A DNA stretch of 64,000 bases, taken from assembly GCA_050273025.1 (NCBI GenBank), contig CP158635.1:27962001-28026000 (forward strand). Direction: 5' to 3'. Positions 25,939-38,274 of the stretch are shown here, piece by piece (positions within the stretch are counted from its first letter, which is position 1; every line of letters begins with the position of its first letter). Below the pieces are notes generated by a model. It did no database searches, was not told the origin of the DNA, and saw only the letters and a program-made list of their open reading frames with translations. Source of the stretch: Cenococcum geophilum. Lineage: Eukaryota. The position numbers were made by a program, and so were the translations under genes.

Positions 25939-26445
25939 GGACTTTGATAGGAGAGGAGGATTTTTGTAATATCAACTTTAGCCTTCAAGAGCCGTGGATT
26001 ACTACGTGCATTAATCCAGGCGCTATGGAGGCGAGAGCGGCTGCATATCAGCTCGTTTAGACTTACTTAGCATTGTATAATAACAATTGAGTCCAGTGGA
26101 TAATTTAGTCGAGTGCTGTTAGGAAAACGAGGCTGGATTATGTTGAATCTGCGAACTGTTCTAGAGTGAATGCTACTATGCTGATATATGTGATACGCTG
26201 CTTCTGCTATGTCGTAAGCTACTCATTATTCTATATATCTAATACCCATTAAAAATATTTCGTACCCTAGGATGCACCCTAATTATCAGCGTCTACCCAA
26301 TATATGCCGCACAAATACAGATTAAAAGATCTCCTAATGAGATCAGTGTTGCATGTCGGGGGTTTTGCGGTTGCCGTAATTTTGCCTGTCAACCTCCACC
26401 AGTGCCACCTTCAGTAGAAAAGATGAACGGGACAATTGACAAGCA

Positions 26446-27981
26446 ATGATTCTTCGAGCTCCTATACTACGACTACCTCCCTCGATAGACGCCAGTCGTA
26501 TATGCGTACGATGCTTGAGGAAATTGTCCCGTACAACACCATCCACGAGGCGGCCTTTTTCCTCTCCGACTGAGGCATCGATAACAGCGAGTAGTCGGAA
26601 TGCCTTCAAGAAGGACTATTTTTGGGCCAATGGCATACTTAAGGAAACCCTTGGGCAATCCAAACGGGGGCTACAAAACCCACCCTTTCATTCGAAGGAA
26701 GCTACCGTAAATACCACAACAGCATCACTTCCTGCCACAGAAGCAAGCCATGAAGCGGGATCACCTCATTCACCCAATCCCGCTCACAAAGAGCTCCCCC
26801 ACCGGCGGAGGAAACGGCTACGAGAACAGAGCTCCGAGTCTCAAGAGGAGAGCTATCCTATCGCTCCAGACGCTTCTTCCCGGCTAACTACACTCTCGTC
26901 GAGTCTTCCAATCCACTCCTTCCGACGCCGCCTGACAACCTACCTTTCCCTTGCAAAACCACGACTCAGCTTCCTCATTGTCCTTACGACTACATCAGCA
27001 TACTCCCTCTACCCTGTGCCCGCCCTTCTCGCACCTACAGCCACAGCCGCCCCATCTCTCTCCACCCTAACCCTCCTCTTCCTCACAACCGGCACAGCAC
27101 TATGCTGCTCATCGGCCAATGCCCTCAACATGCTCCTCGAGCCCGCCCACGACGCCAAAATGAGCCGCACACGCAACCGGCCACTCGTCCGAAAGCTGAT
27201 CAGCCCAACCGGCGCCCTTGTCTTCGCCATCGCCTGCGGCACCGTCGGCGTCGCGGCGCTCTACTACGGCGTCAACCCCACGACCGCCTTCCTAGGCGCG
27301 GTGAACATCGGGCTGTACGCCGGCATCTACACGCCGCTCAAGCGGGTCTCAGTCATCAACACGTGGGTCGGCGCGCTGGTCGGCGGCATCCCGCCGCTGA
27401 TGGGCTGGACGGCGGCCGCGGGACAGTGCGCGCACGAGGGCACCTGGCGCGAGCTGCTATTCGGAGAGGGCTCGGCCGGCGGCTGGCTCTGCGCGGCGCT
27501 GCTGTTTGCGTGGCAGTTCCCGCATTTTAATGCGCTGAGCTGGGCGATTCGCGACGAGTATAAGCATGCGGGCTATCGCATGCTGTGCTGGACCAACCCG
27601 GCGCATAATGGGCGCGTCGCGCTGCGATACGCGCTACTCATGTTCCCGGTGTGCTTTGGGCTCGCGTATGTGGGGGTCACGGATTGGGGGTTTGTGGTGA
27701 CAAGTAGTGTGGTGAACGGATGGATGGCCTGGCGCGCGGTGCAGTTTTGGCGCGAGAAGGGACATAAGGGCACAGCGAGGGGACTGTTTTGGGCCAGTGT
27801 GTGGCATCTACCCATTGTAATGGTGCTAGCAATGGCGCAAAAGAAAGGGCTGTGGGAGAGGGTTTGGAGGGCTGTGATGGGGGCACCGGAGGAGGATGAG
27901 GAGTTTTATGGGGAGGAAGAGGAGGAAGATGAAGAGGAGGAGAAGCGTAAGGTCTCAGTACGTGAGAAGGTGACGGCTTGA
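26446..27981 (+). CDS. COX10: Protoheme IX farnesyltransferase (heme O synthase), mitochondrial, UbiA family
   Basis: LAKPRLS, DAKMSRTRNRPLV, YTPLKR..NTWVGALVGGIPPLMGW and WQFPHF motifs; Arg/Ser-rich presequence-like N-terminus. Confidence 0.97.
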   Translation: MILRAPILRLPPSIDASRICVRCLRKLSRTTPSTRRPFSSPTEASITASSRNAFKKDYFWANGILKETLGQSKRGLQNPPFHSKEATVNTTTASLPATEASHEAGSPHSPNPAHKELPHRRRKRLREQSSESQEESYPIAPDASSRLTTLSSSLPIHSFRRRLTTYLSLAKPRLSFLIVLTTTSAYSLYPVPALLAPTATAAPSLSTLTLLFLTTGTALCCSSANALNMLLEPAHDAKMSRTRNRPLVRKLISPTGALVFAIACGTVGVAALYYGVNPTTAFLGAVNIGLYAGIYTPLKRVSVINTWVGALVGGIPPLMGWTAAAGQCAHEGTWRELLFGEGSAGGWLCAALLFAWQFPHFNALSWAIRDEYKHAGYRMLCWTNPAHNGRVALRYALLMFPVCFGLAYVGVTDWGFVVTSSVVNGWMAWRAVQFWREKGHKGTARGLFWASVWHLPIVMVLAMAQKKGLWERVWRAVMGAPEEDEEFYGEEEEEDEEEEKRKVSVREKVTA

Positions 27982-28868
27982 TTTATATGCTGGCTATACG
28001 AATATCGATGTGTCGTTCTTTTGCCTCTGTATAAACTATCATGACTAGCTCTAAAGCTACTCTTTACTAAATGTACAAATGTATCATAACTTCTTTTCGA
28101 TTCATTGTCGGGAGCGCGGCGCTATGATTGGTGTTTGCTAAAATGACCTCGGACGCTCTTTTGATAGGCCTGTCATATGGATTCTCATATGATGTGCATC
28201 ATGATTCGTTCTACGACGCCAGCACTGCCTTGCCAAGCATGCAGTCAGCCCAGAACAGCCGCGCCTTCCCCGCCCAGGCTGAAATACAAATAATGTATTA
28301 ACCTCGTGAGGCTGTTAAAAAAATAAAAATCCACAGCTTTCCACAGCCTCAGGGATGGACCCTCTGAGCGCTCTCAGCTTGGCCACTTGCATTGCCCAAT
28401 TCATCGGCTTCGTCAAAACTTGTCTGGTGGATCGTTGGTACGTGCACTACATGCACGTGGGGGCATACTGCTCCACTAACGAAATTCTCCACCGAGGGTC
28501 CGAGGCTTAAGGGCGCGATTTAACATCCAGATTCTTAAATCACTGACAAGGGAGGTGACTTCCTCTACATTACTATGGACAATGGCCGAGTTAGGAGTAC
28601 AATAATCGGATTCCAAGGCACCGGTCTCCAGGCCAAAAACAAAATGTCCTTCCACATAGATCTAACTGGGGTGCGGACCATCCGATTGCCATTCGCTCCA
28701 AGGAGCCCTCACGAGAAGGTGCCCTTGAAGCCACAATTGACATTATGGCGAACTTTTGCGGGAAAATTTTCACGACACTCAAACTAGTCTACGAGCATGC
28801 TTTGTGAGTGTGCGGTAGAACCCTTCATACGAGGTAATTTTTCACGCGAGTCCCAAATTTCAGCGGCT

Positions 28869-31800
28869 CTACATGTCTTCACGCGTGCCAGGCTTCGTCA
28901 GCCGTTTCCACAGCGTAGATGGGGACGGTCGCGGCCGCCTCCGCTCTCCTTCCTCCGCTAGTCGCCGATAGGAATCATTGGTGTTTTCCGAAACCTTCGA
29001 GAAATGCGATCCGTCTCCGGTGAACTCAGAGCATGTATCGATGCTGCAATCTTCATGAAGAGATGAGATGGGTGATGCAACCGAGTGTCTACCCGGTGGT
29101 GCGGGGTTGCTAGCGCCCACAGGGTCACGACACATGCTTGGTCGATTTGATGGCCCAGGGATGGATGACGGTGGGTCAAGAGGACGTCTCTGGCGCTGCT
29201 GGTACTTTCTTGGCGGTGCAGAGCCGGGAGCTATAGGAAGAGTCCCTCTTGCCGGAGCTCCTATAAAGGGCTCCACAGGAACGTTTCCGTCTGTGGAACG
29301 TTGCCTTCCAGAACTACGTTCAACAGTTTCCTTTGATCTTCGCAGCTGTCGCTTCGTTTCCTTTTGTGAAGATTTAGTTGGTTGTGATCGCCGCCGGCTA
29401 GATCTGTCCTGCTCACAAGGTGTTTGCTGGTGACGACTTTCGTGTTGGTCTTGGCTCTTCGCACCTTCAGGTTCAGGCTGTTGCCGTTCAGTTCTACGCG
29501 GAGGCCCCTTTCTAGCTAATTCGTCCGATGGGACTCTGTCTAATGGAATGCTTCGAGAGACTGGCTCAGGAGCTGCTAATTCTGCTGGTGTAATTGGTCC
29601 CTGCAAGGGCTCCTGCCTAGGTTCTTCCTGTCTTCTTCGTATATTTCCCCGAGGATGCGTGTCGCGTCTTTCAATGTTAGGCCGTGATATTCTAGCACCG
29701 AAGCTTTCCGCTGGCAATTCAGTCACAGGGTTCGTGATCGGCGACGGGATGCCATGCCGCTGCGGCTGTGCCCGACGGCTGTCCCCACCATCTCTCTGAA
29801 TCTGAGCTGGATCTGGGATATTGCGACGGGGATCCTGGATAGGTTGATTCCTTCGATTGAAATTGCCTTTGGATTCGGCTGGCACCCCATACCAGCGGTC
29901 TTTATTCTTTCGGGCATCAATATCATTACCATCGAGCTCACTTGGAGACATTGGAGTAGGTACTGTAACCGATTAGAGTCATCTTCTGGATAAGGATGTC
30001 ATCAGGGCTTGCTTTTCACGGACTCCTCCATCATCAGATATCTAGGAAACCCGCTGATTGGAGTTTTGTTTGGCGATGAGTTTGAGTTCATTAGATGCAG
30101 ATAGATGATGGTTTCAGCAGATTTTTTCGATACTCGAACGTTGGGAATAGATACTTCAAATGTTGCATGATCTCTCATCCTGCTCACCATTCTGGGTGTA
30201 ATTTCAATCTCAACGTCTGAGTCAGCAGCTGGCCCGTACACGGTGACTCAATTGGAGATGCATTCGATACTCACCTTAGTTGTTTGCCTTTGGGCTGCAA
30301 CCTCTTCGATCTCGAAATAGGGCTGGAAATCGTGGGTTTGTTGAAGACGTAGGAATTCGCCTAGTGCGCGGACATAGTTTGAACCATCCTCAAACCTACA
30401 GCAGATTTGACCTGTAAATGTTAGAGAATGTGGTGCATAGCCTTGAAATAAACGTACCTGAACAATAATAATTGGCCTCTTGCTCATTTCTTGGCACAGA
30501 AGTTCGCTCGAAATAGAAGGAACTCGCAACCAAAGTATGAACTATCCGCTGAACGAGTTTCACGTTTTCGGGTGTCCTTAGAGTCCTTCTTATGTCATTT
30601 TGAAGGTTTGTAATTTCGCCTTTGGCATCTAATGCAGGAGGGTCGTGTCCGATATTGGGGTTAAGGCGAATGTACCGTAGCCCATCAGTGTCTTCAAAGC
30701 CATCATCAATGGCATCGTAATAGAACTCTTTCCAAGCAACCTCAGCGTTAAGAACGTTGTCGAATCGGTTATGCTGTGGCCTGGTTAGCCTGGTGTGTCC
30801 CGACTTTCTTGCCTCCGCTCAATAAAATGTGTAAGAAGAAAGGCCGAGGAACCGTTTGCAATCTCAAAACGAGACTGTTGCTTTCATATCACGTACCATC
30901 ACTCTGAATATCTGCCTGATATTGGGAAAAACGGACCATCCAACTCCTTGACTTTTTGATTCGTCTGGTCGATCCCTGCGGTGTCGTCTAGTGTTTTAGG
31001 GAAGGTCAGCCGTTTTGACTAATCCAGAAAGTAGACGTCCAAATGGCAATGAACTACGCACAAACCCACCTATGCTTGGACCTAGAATCTCTCTCAGGTA
31101 AATCTCTCCGGATGGCGTCTTCGTTTTGGCCTGTTCCTATGGAGAGTAATATGTCGGGATGCTTGCCCGCCACTTCAGGCCAGAGCAATTTGCGTTCTCG
31201 CTGGATGATCTTCACAGGATTGTTGTTGTAGAGAGCACCATCAAGATAAGTCCGATTGCTCGATTTGTGCTCAAAAGGTTTGAAATAGGTGGGGGCGGCG
31301 GAGGTAGCGGCAGCAGCCTCCCACACCTTTAATTCCAGATTAGGATTGTCAGGGCGCAGGAATTCGTGGGTTGTTTTTCGTCTTCTATTCTTGGTCCGAT
31401 CTATACGCCTGTAGTTGGCGAGGACTATTGCTTTCCTTCCAGCTTCATCAGTCGCCGTAACAGCTACCTTGGGCCCATAGCCTGTGCTGTCAGCGCGACG
31501 AGCACCAAAAAGATTAGCGCGTCCAAAATTGCTCTGTAGCACGGAATGGAAAGGCTTGGTTCTGTATTTACTGGCGTGCCTCCAGGCCGCAATTTGTCTG
31601 ATCCCAGGAATCCCAAGCCAATCTCGGGGGCTGAACGCTTCATCGCAAATGGACCTGAACCGAATGATGCATTCCCTGAGATCCCAATTCATGACTCCAA
31701 ATGCAAGCGAGATTATTCCGCCAGTGCTTGGATAGGTGTCAACTAAGTACATCATAGTTTACGTTTTAGTCCTACCTGGTTCCCACGATCAAATCAAAGA

Positions 31801-34309
31801 AGGCTTGTATAGGTATTTGGTCCTGGAACTCCCTCTGGATGGTTCGAAGAATCTCGAGTTCCACAATACCGCGGATGCCACCACTAGTAGACTATCAGTG
31901 AGTACAGAAACACTCTCGTCACATTGTGCATTGAATAAATCTCACCCATCTAAGCAGAGTAATCGTACTCCCGCATAGTCAGGCTTGAATCTGATGACGC
32001 AAGGAGACGGCCAATGCATTCGCGTCTCATCGGGATGCATAGGACAGCTGTCTAACTTCACGACAAACCTACTGTCCTTGTTGTTGTCGTTGAGTTTACC
32101 ATAAGACTTGACACAGGCGGTGCAGAGGACATGGCCACAGGGTAAGCAATGTTGCGGAGTCTGCATTAGGCAACAGAAGCACGTGGAATGACTTAGGACA
32201 CGGCCAGCGGATCCTATACTATCGTAAAGTTCAGTCATCAGGCGACTGTGGATTTTCAGAAGGTGTTGTTCCTCTGAAACCTCTCGAGGTCCGCTTTCCT
32301 GTTGAATCCGGAGCTGGTTGTGTATCTCCGCCAGGTCGCCCTTGAGAAGGCCAATCCAGATATAGCAGTAATCATCATAATAGAAGTCAGACTCAAATTG
32401 GCCAGCATGGATGACCTTTCCCTTATCATTTTGATGTCCTTTCCAGTCATGCGTAGACAAAGCACTGACACAACGGTCTCCTTTCCTACCTCGGTACTGG
32501 CAAATGGAATACTTCCAGCAGTACTCTTCCAGAGCATATAAGAAGAAGTCCTCATATTCTGCGAAGAGATCTTCCGGAAGACCTGTAACTCTTTAGTCTC
32601 CACAATCGCCTATGAGGTTCGGTCTCTTACCTTTTCTGTGTCGAACAAAATCAAGAAGTACACTCGAAGCTAATACGGGACTTAGACGCTGGAAAATCCA
32701 TGAGTTTCTGTCTGCCTTCGTGTGCGCTTGGATGCATATTGCCAATTGCAGAATGTGGCCACCAAAATCGTCGGGGATGGGATTGTGCCGAAGAGATACT
32801 TGCACGAAATTGAAAGGACGGTTAAGTGTGCCTGAAAAGTGATCGAAGGCTGCCTGAAGGTATAAACTGAGTTCGTCTGAGCTGGAAAGCATTCTAGCCT
32901 TACGTTTTGTCAAGAACGACTCGTTGCAGCGGTCGCTGATTGTGCGACGAAGTTTCGAGATCTGATTGCTTAACAAGGTATACCTTCCTTGTATAGGTAT
33001 TCGGACGACGCTGAAGGATGAATAGTAACAACGTATGAGATCAAGTACCGAGTCAATAATCCTTCCCTTCGCACGCCAGCTTTGAGCCAAGCGATAGAAG
33101 TCAGGAACCCCATTTACTGGGTCTAGACTACCCCTTACAGATCTCAACAGGCTACTTGTAGCGACACCCACTTCCCATTCCTGACCGTCGATACCTACAT
33201 TAGTTGCGTTAACAGCAATAATGGCATGAGGCAGAGTTGGTTGATTGACAGATTTCTCGAGAGAAGTGGAGCCCCAATCTAGGAGCCGACGGAGCACATC
33301 CGATTGAAACGTACTGTAAACTATGAGCTCGACTGATGCATTCCATCGAAACACTTCAAAACATCAATGATTCGGGAGCATGTTCACTTACTTGGCATTT
33401 CTGAGCACGAAAACGACGACGTCGGAGAAAGTGTATAGGATCCGCGGATAAAGCTCCGAGACGATAAACTCTCTAGTGCGCGTTCTCGCTGTATTTGCCC
33501 ATTCCAAAGTTCTTTTTCGGCCTGGAGTTAGCCGTGCCAAAGATTGTTCCTCGTCGATATTCTGGTTCCTCCTACTAGCGACGGCTTGTGGCAGCTCTTC
33601 CCCTGCACCAAGGCCCTCGCAGTCCGCATACAGAACGGGAGCATGAGAGAAGTATGTGTCCGGGTCAGCGTAGAGGTGTACATCCGCTGAGGTGGCTAGG
33701 CCAACGTGCTGTCCACATCCTACTACCGGGGAGGGAAAGGAGGATCGGGAATGGTAGATCTCGTCGGCATCATGGTCAATAAGCATTTTAACCAACGTGC
33801 TTTTGCCTGCATCTGTAATATCATTGTTAGCAGACTATTCAAATTTTATCACTAGGTTAACTACGTACTTGTCTGGCCTATGAAAGACACGAGTTGCGGA
33901 GTTCTCAATGCATTGCTATCGGGGACATGGCTCATGAGGTTGGCGTAAACGTTGTAGTCGGTGAAATATGGTGCTCCGTCCATGTTTTTGGTGATACCTG
34001 AGAGAAATGGTCAATCCACCAACACATGCTCAAGCAATGCTGAGAAGTCGTACCGAACCAGGTTGAGTCGAGATCATCTCTGTGGAGCTGCTCCAAAGCC
34101 TCACCGGAAAGCTGGGGGTCTAAGATATTCCCCAGTTTTCTAAATGTGCGATATTTCGTTTTTTCATGTCTCATGCCATCGCGGCCCCGCCTATCACCCA
34201 TGTGAGGCGGGAACTGGTCCCAGCAGCGCTCACAAAAATGTAGACAACAGTCTACGCAGTACCACACCTCACCAAGGGGGCCGTTACATTGCCGTTCACA
34301 GGCTCCCAT
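28869..34309 (-). CDS. Large multi-exon patatin-like phospholipase with N-terminal Cys/His zinc finger, P-loop GTPase-like domain, RING-like finger and disordered C-terminal tail
   Basis: Spliced minus-strand ORFs give CERQC..WYCVDCC..FCERCW..H, FIGQT/NAGKS (split by intron 33813-33868), YADCEG, CFCC..LPCGHVLCTAC..CPMH, and patatin motifs DG/GGIRG, GT/STG and YLDGAL. The exon structure of the 3' part is only approximate. Confidence 0.85.
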
Positions 34310-35181
34310 CGCATCTCCTGAGGTGGTGTTAGATATCGCGCAATGACAGCAGGGCCGTCTCTGAGGAACAACTGCTTCAGCAGTATTGATGAATCGCAAA
34401 TGCGAAAAAAGGGGATGTCAACTTGTCACCCGAGTGCGCGCACGAAAGATACACACCGCACATGGAGCGAGTTTGTTTACTTCTGGCGTTCACTCTGCCC
34501 TAGGATTGGCGAGGTAATGTCTCAGCCTTGCAGGTAGCAATTCGTTCCTGAAATCATGTTTATTGGACGCTCCGCGAGCGTTCTCATGCATCCTTATCAT
34601 GTTCTTGAAGAGCTGGTTTGCGCTAAGCTGTTTAGACTCATGCGTCCTGCTATGGCTCTATGGAGAAGCAGTGAAGTCGTTGAAGTAAAGTACAGCATCC
34701 TGGCGCATCCCGTGGTTAGCGTGTTTTGTCAACTCTCCCCCTAAACAGCAAAAATACCAAAATTTCCCCTACAAAAAGGCCGTGCGGGAGTGGCTGCGCT
34801 AACCACCGGAATTGAAGAGATGCTGTAGTGGAGAATCCCTGAAGCTGGCCTGGTGGCCGTCTCGGCGTGATGAAATACCGGGATTGAGGCCAAGCCGTGC
34901 GGCTGAGAACAGAGGTGCACGTGGGTGGTAAATCGAAAGCTTGGCATTGGTCATTCCCCGTTTGTTTCCGCCGTTTGAGGCCCTTTGCATCCCGTCCCTA
35001 ATCAATACCTTCTTATCTCCATTGTCTTAGTACAGAAAGATTTACTGTTCTAATCGCTTCTATAATACAAGTTTGAAAAATCTCGATTTCGTAACCAATG
35101 AGCCTTGATTGTATCTAAGGTAACATACCTGCATTATCATACATCATATGATAGATATAGCATCTCACCTATTTATAGCTA

Positions 35182-37833
35182 TCATTTGATGCGAAAGAAC
35201 TTCTTCAAAGACGCCGTCAAATCTCGTTGAGGTGTCTTCTGCCCTTCCGGTGGCAAGTCGCGCTCTGAGTGTCTCGACCTGCGTCCTTCTTGTGATCTGT
35301 TTCCTGCGGACTGACCAGATTTTGCTCGTTCTGCAAATGAGTGTTGCCCTTCTCGAACCTCCTGTGCCGTAGAGCTCGACCTCCGCTTCCAAGCAGGGTG
35401 TGCACGGCCATAAGAGACAGCTAACCCCGAAAGCTCGGCATCCGGAAAGACAAGATGTGTCAATCTTAATCGGGCAGCCACGGCTCCTTTATCAAATGGG
35501 GCATTGGGATTTGCAGGGTCAGAATGCGAGTTGTCCGTGCCCTGGAAGTAAGACTCGATGACCTTCTCATGCTGCAGTGCGTGTGCTTTGAGAAGTTTTA
35601 AGAATTCTGTAGCGAATTTGATCCCTGGATTACCGGGCGAGCCTTTCGCTTGCAGGTGGCCAGCGTGCCAGAGCAGACACCCGGCCAACTGAGAAGGCCA
35701 TCGATCCTCTACGTAAGGATCCCGAAAAAGAGGAGTCAGTCGGATCTGCGTAGTAATTCCTTTGCAAACAGCTCCGTCTACGTCGAAGTCCCTAGCCCAG
35801 TTGCAAAGCCGTTGTCGAATATCAGGTCTCTGCAAAAAGTCTCGGACGGTACGATGCAGGAATTCTACCGGGCCGCCGTAGTACGAATGCTTCATGAGAT
35901 CTATTGTAGGTGGAGCAGCTTCAAGCAAATGCTTGCACCTGGAGGTGAGCCGTCTCCGCATCTGCTCAAGTCTGTAACCTGAGGTCTCCATGTCGACAAA
36001 CTCAGCCGCCACGTCATGCTCAGTTACTATTTTTGAGATATTTGCTGCCCCTGGTGGACAGATTGAAGGGTCTGATTCATGAATGTGCCAATAAATCATC
36101 AAAGGTAATTGCAGTTGTGCGTCTGATGCCACGAGAAAGAAGCGGGCGCTGTCCTGGCGGTAGCGATCATCGATGGATTCCAGAATCCTTTCAAAATACT
36201 TATTCAGATCGGTCGGAATTTCATAAAGGCGGTTCAAGAGGTCCCCGACGCGATCGCTGTTGGTAAGACCTTCAAGAAGCGAGCACACGACGAGCTTCAC
36301 CCAGAGGAAGATGCCCTGGGCGGCGTTCACAATTGCTTGGACAAGATCCGGGCAGCGGTAGTCATGTTTTGTGAGATCGTGATATAGATCGTTTCTTCCG
36401 AGGAGCTCTCTTACGTATCGTGCTATGTCGTTCTCTGTGAATTTGTGTAGTTCCAATTTCCATGGATTGTTTTTGCCAAAAGCGGCATCCTCAAATTCAT
36501 TCCACGGGCGACTGGCAAGGCAGAGCTTGAGGTACGGAGCGTGAGATTCCTTTAAATCGTTGATGAGGCTGATTATTTCGCTAGGCTTTGCTTCATATTC
36601 GTCCAGCCCGTCGATGAAGAAGATCAATTTTGTCCCATTATTCTTCAATCTAGTCATAACTTGCCCAAGAATAACCTGAAGGCATGAAGTGCCATCCAGC
36701 AAGGAATTGAGATTGGCTAGAGCACCGCGCTCGCCGTTGCGGATTAGATCCCAAACATCTGAGAAGACCAGTCGTATTTGGTCTGGATATTTGGAAAAGA
36801 GTTGGTAGAGTAGAGACCGTAGGAGGCCCGCTTGAGACTTCTGCAAGCGTTCCTTTGCCGGATTCCAGAAGAAGAAACTTGCGGTTGAAATGTTACATCC
36901 ACTTGCCCACGGCTGAAGTAGTTGGATGGTTCGTGGATGGTTGGAGATATATTTCATGATGGTTGATTTTCCAGAACCAGGCTTTCCAGAGATCCAATAC
37001 GTGCTATTATCTAATCCGAGCCACTGAGCAAAGTTGGGATTTGATTTATGAGATACATCGGGCTCAGGGCCGTCATGGTTCAAGATCCACTCGTAAGTTT
37101 TCGGGTAAGGGCTGGATATCTCGCTAAACCGGTCGTCAATCGCATAGAATCGCAATTGCTTTAGCACTGAACAATCGGTCTGTAGATCCAACCATTTGCC
37201 GACGGCAACGGGAAGCTCTACATTCATCTTCGATGGAATACGACTCGATAATCCCCCCACTGTATCTCTCTCCCAGATCTCTTCTTCAACAGTTCTAAAA
37301 ACATTTCTGAAGTCTACGAGGTTTTTGTCGACGTCCGAGGCTCTGTTTGACTTCATCTCCGTCATATCTATGCTTAACTGCTCTAGGTCGGTCAACATCT
37401 CATTCTGCTTGTGGACGACAATGTGATTGCAAATAAGACCACCGACTCGGTCGAGTCGCTTCTGAAGATCTGCCATCTGCTTCTCGTCCCATTGCCTCCG
37501 ACCGGCATTGTATACGTTCTGCCATATTCTGCGGGCTCCTGTTCCCGTAACCTGAACGCTATCAATAAGTGCGGTGAGCTCGTTAGCAATGCTAGTACAA
37601 TTGTTGCTCAATGGCATTAAATCCGCGTCGGGCTTAGACAACAGCGGCGTTTATGGGGACGCGAGACTGGCCAGTTTTCGGAGATGCTCCGCGACTTCTT
37701 TAGCTTCGAGCTCTGCTTTCGTTGTTCCGTTCGTTGATATGTAGAGGTCTCGTGCACCAGATAAGGCCCTGAGCGCAAAATCCACGAATCGGACGATGTT
37801 TCCGGCCAAACCAAGGGTAGCGAGCGGTTCCAT
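35182..37833 (-). pseudogene. NACHT (STAND) NTPase with a fungal STAND N-terminal helical domain; in-frame TAA at 37651-37653
   Basis: Start MEPLATLGLAGNIVRFVDF is typical of fungal STAND N-termini. Walker A WISGKPGSGKST, Walker B FFIDGLDE, LASRPW, AQGIFLWV and FLHRTVRDFL. The two ORFs are in the same frame and separated by one stop. Confidence 0.85.
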
Positions 37834-38038
37834 GGCGAGTTTGTTCAAGTCTCCAGCCGAGAAACTTAACCCGAAAATTGGCGGCCAACAGGCACTTGAA
37901 GAGAAGGGATTATTTGCTATGACCTGTGGTAGACGCTGAAGCAACTACGAGTCATGCGAATGAAGCGCTTTTACAAGGTGAATAGTTCTAGATTCTGTAG
38001 GGATCAGCATCGTTGAAGAAGACTTTGAGCGCTTCTAT

Positions 38039-38274
38039 TGTTAGGCATAACCCCAACACCGTGGCTAGGGTTCAGCCTCATAGTGCAGTCGGCCACGTGG
38101 AGCTCCGATAGGGTACCTCCCCACTGCGTGCACGGCCCCACTTAATGCACATTAATGTACAAGGGGGTAACCCGAGCGGGCCGCCCTCGAGCATATAGCT
38201 CGGCCAGTATTGCCGAAAGCTCCGTTAGTGCCCGCCAAGGCGCTAAAACCTCGGCTAGTGTTAATAATCTAACA
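38039..38274. repeat. Possible LTR-like segment at the edge of a RIP-degraded island
   Basis: Bounded by TGTTAG...CTAACA, but the flanking 5-mers (TCTAT/CAGAC) do not match. Confidence 0.3.

Noticed and set aside
28307..28352. GAGGCTGT/ACAGCCTC inverted repeat around an A-rich loop between convergent genes
   Set aside because: Only 8-9 bp arms, compatible with chance; bacterial-type terminators do not apply here.
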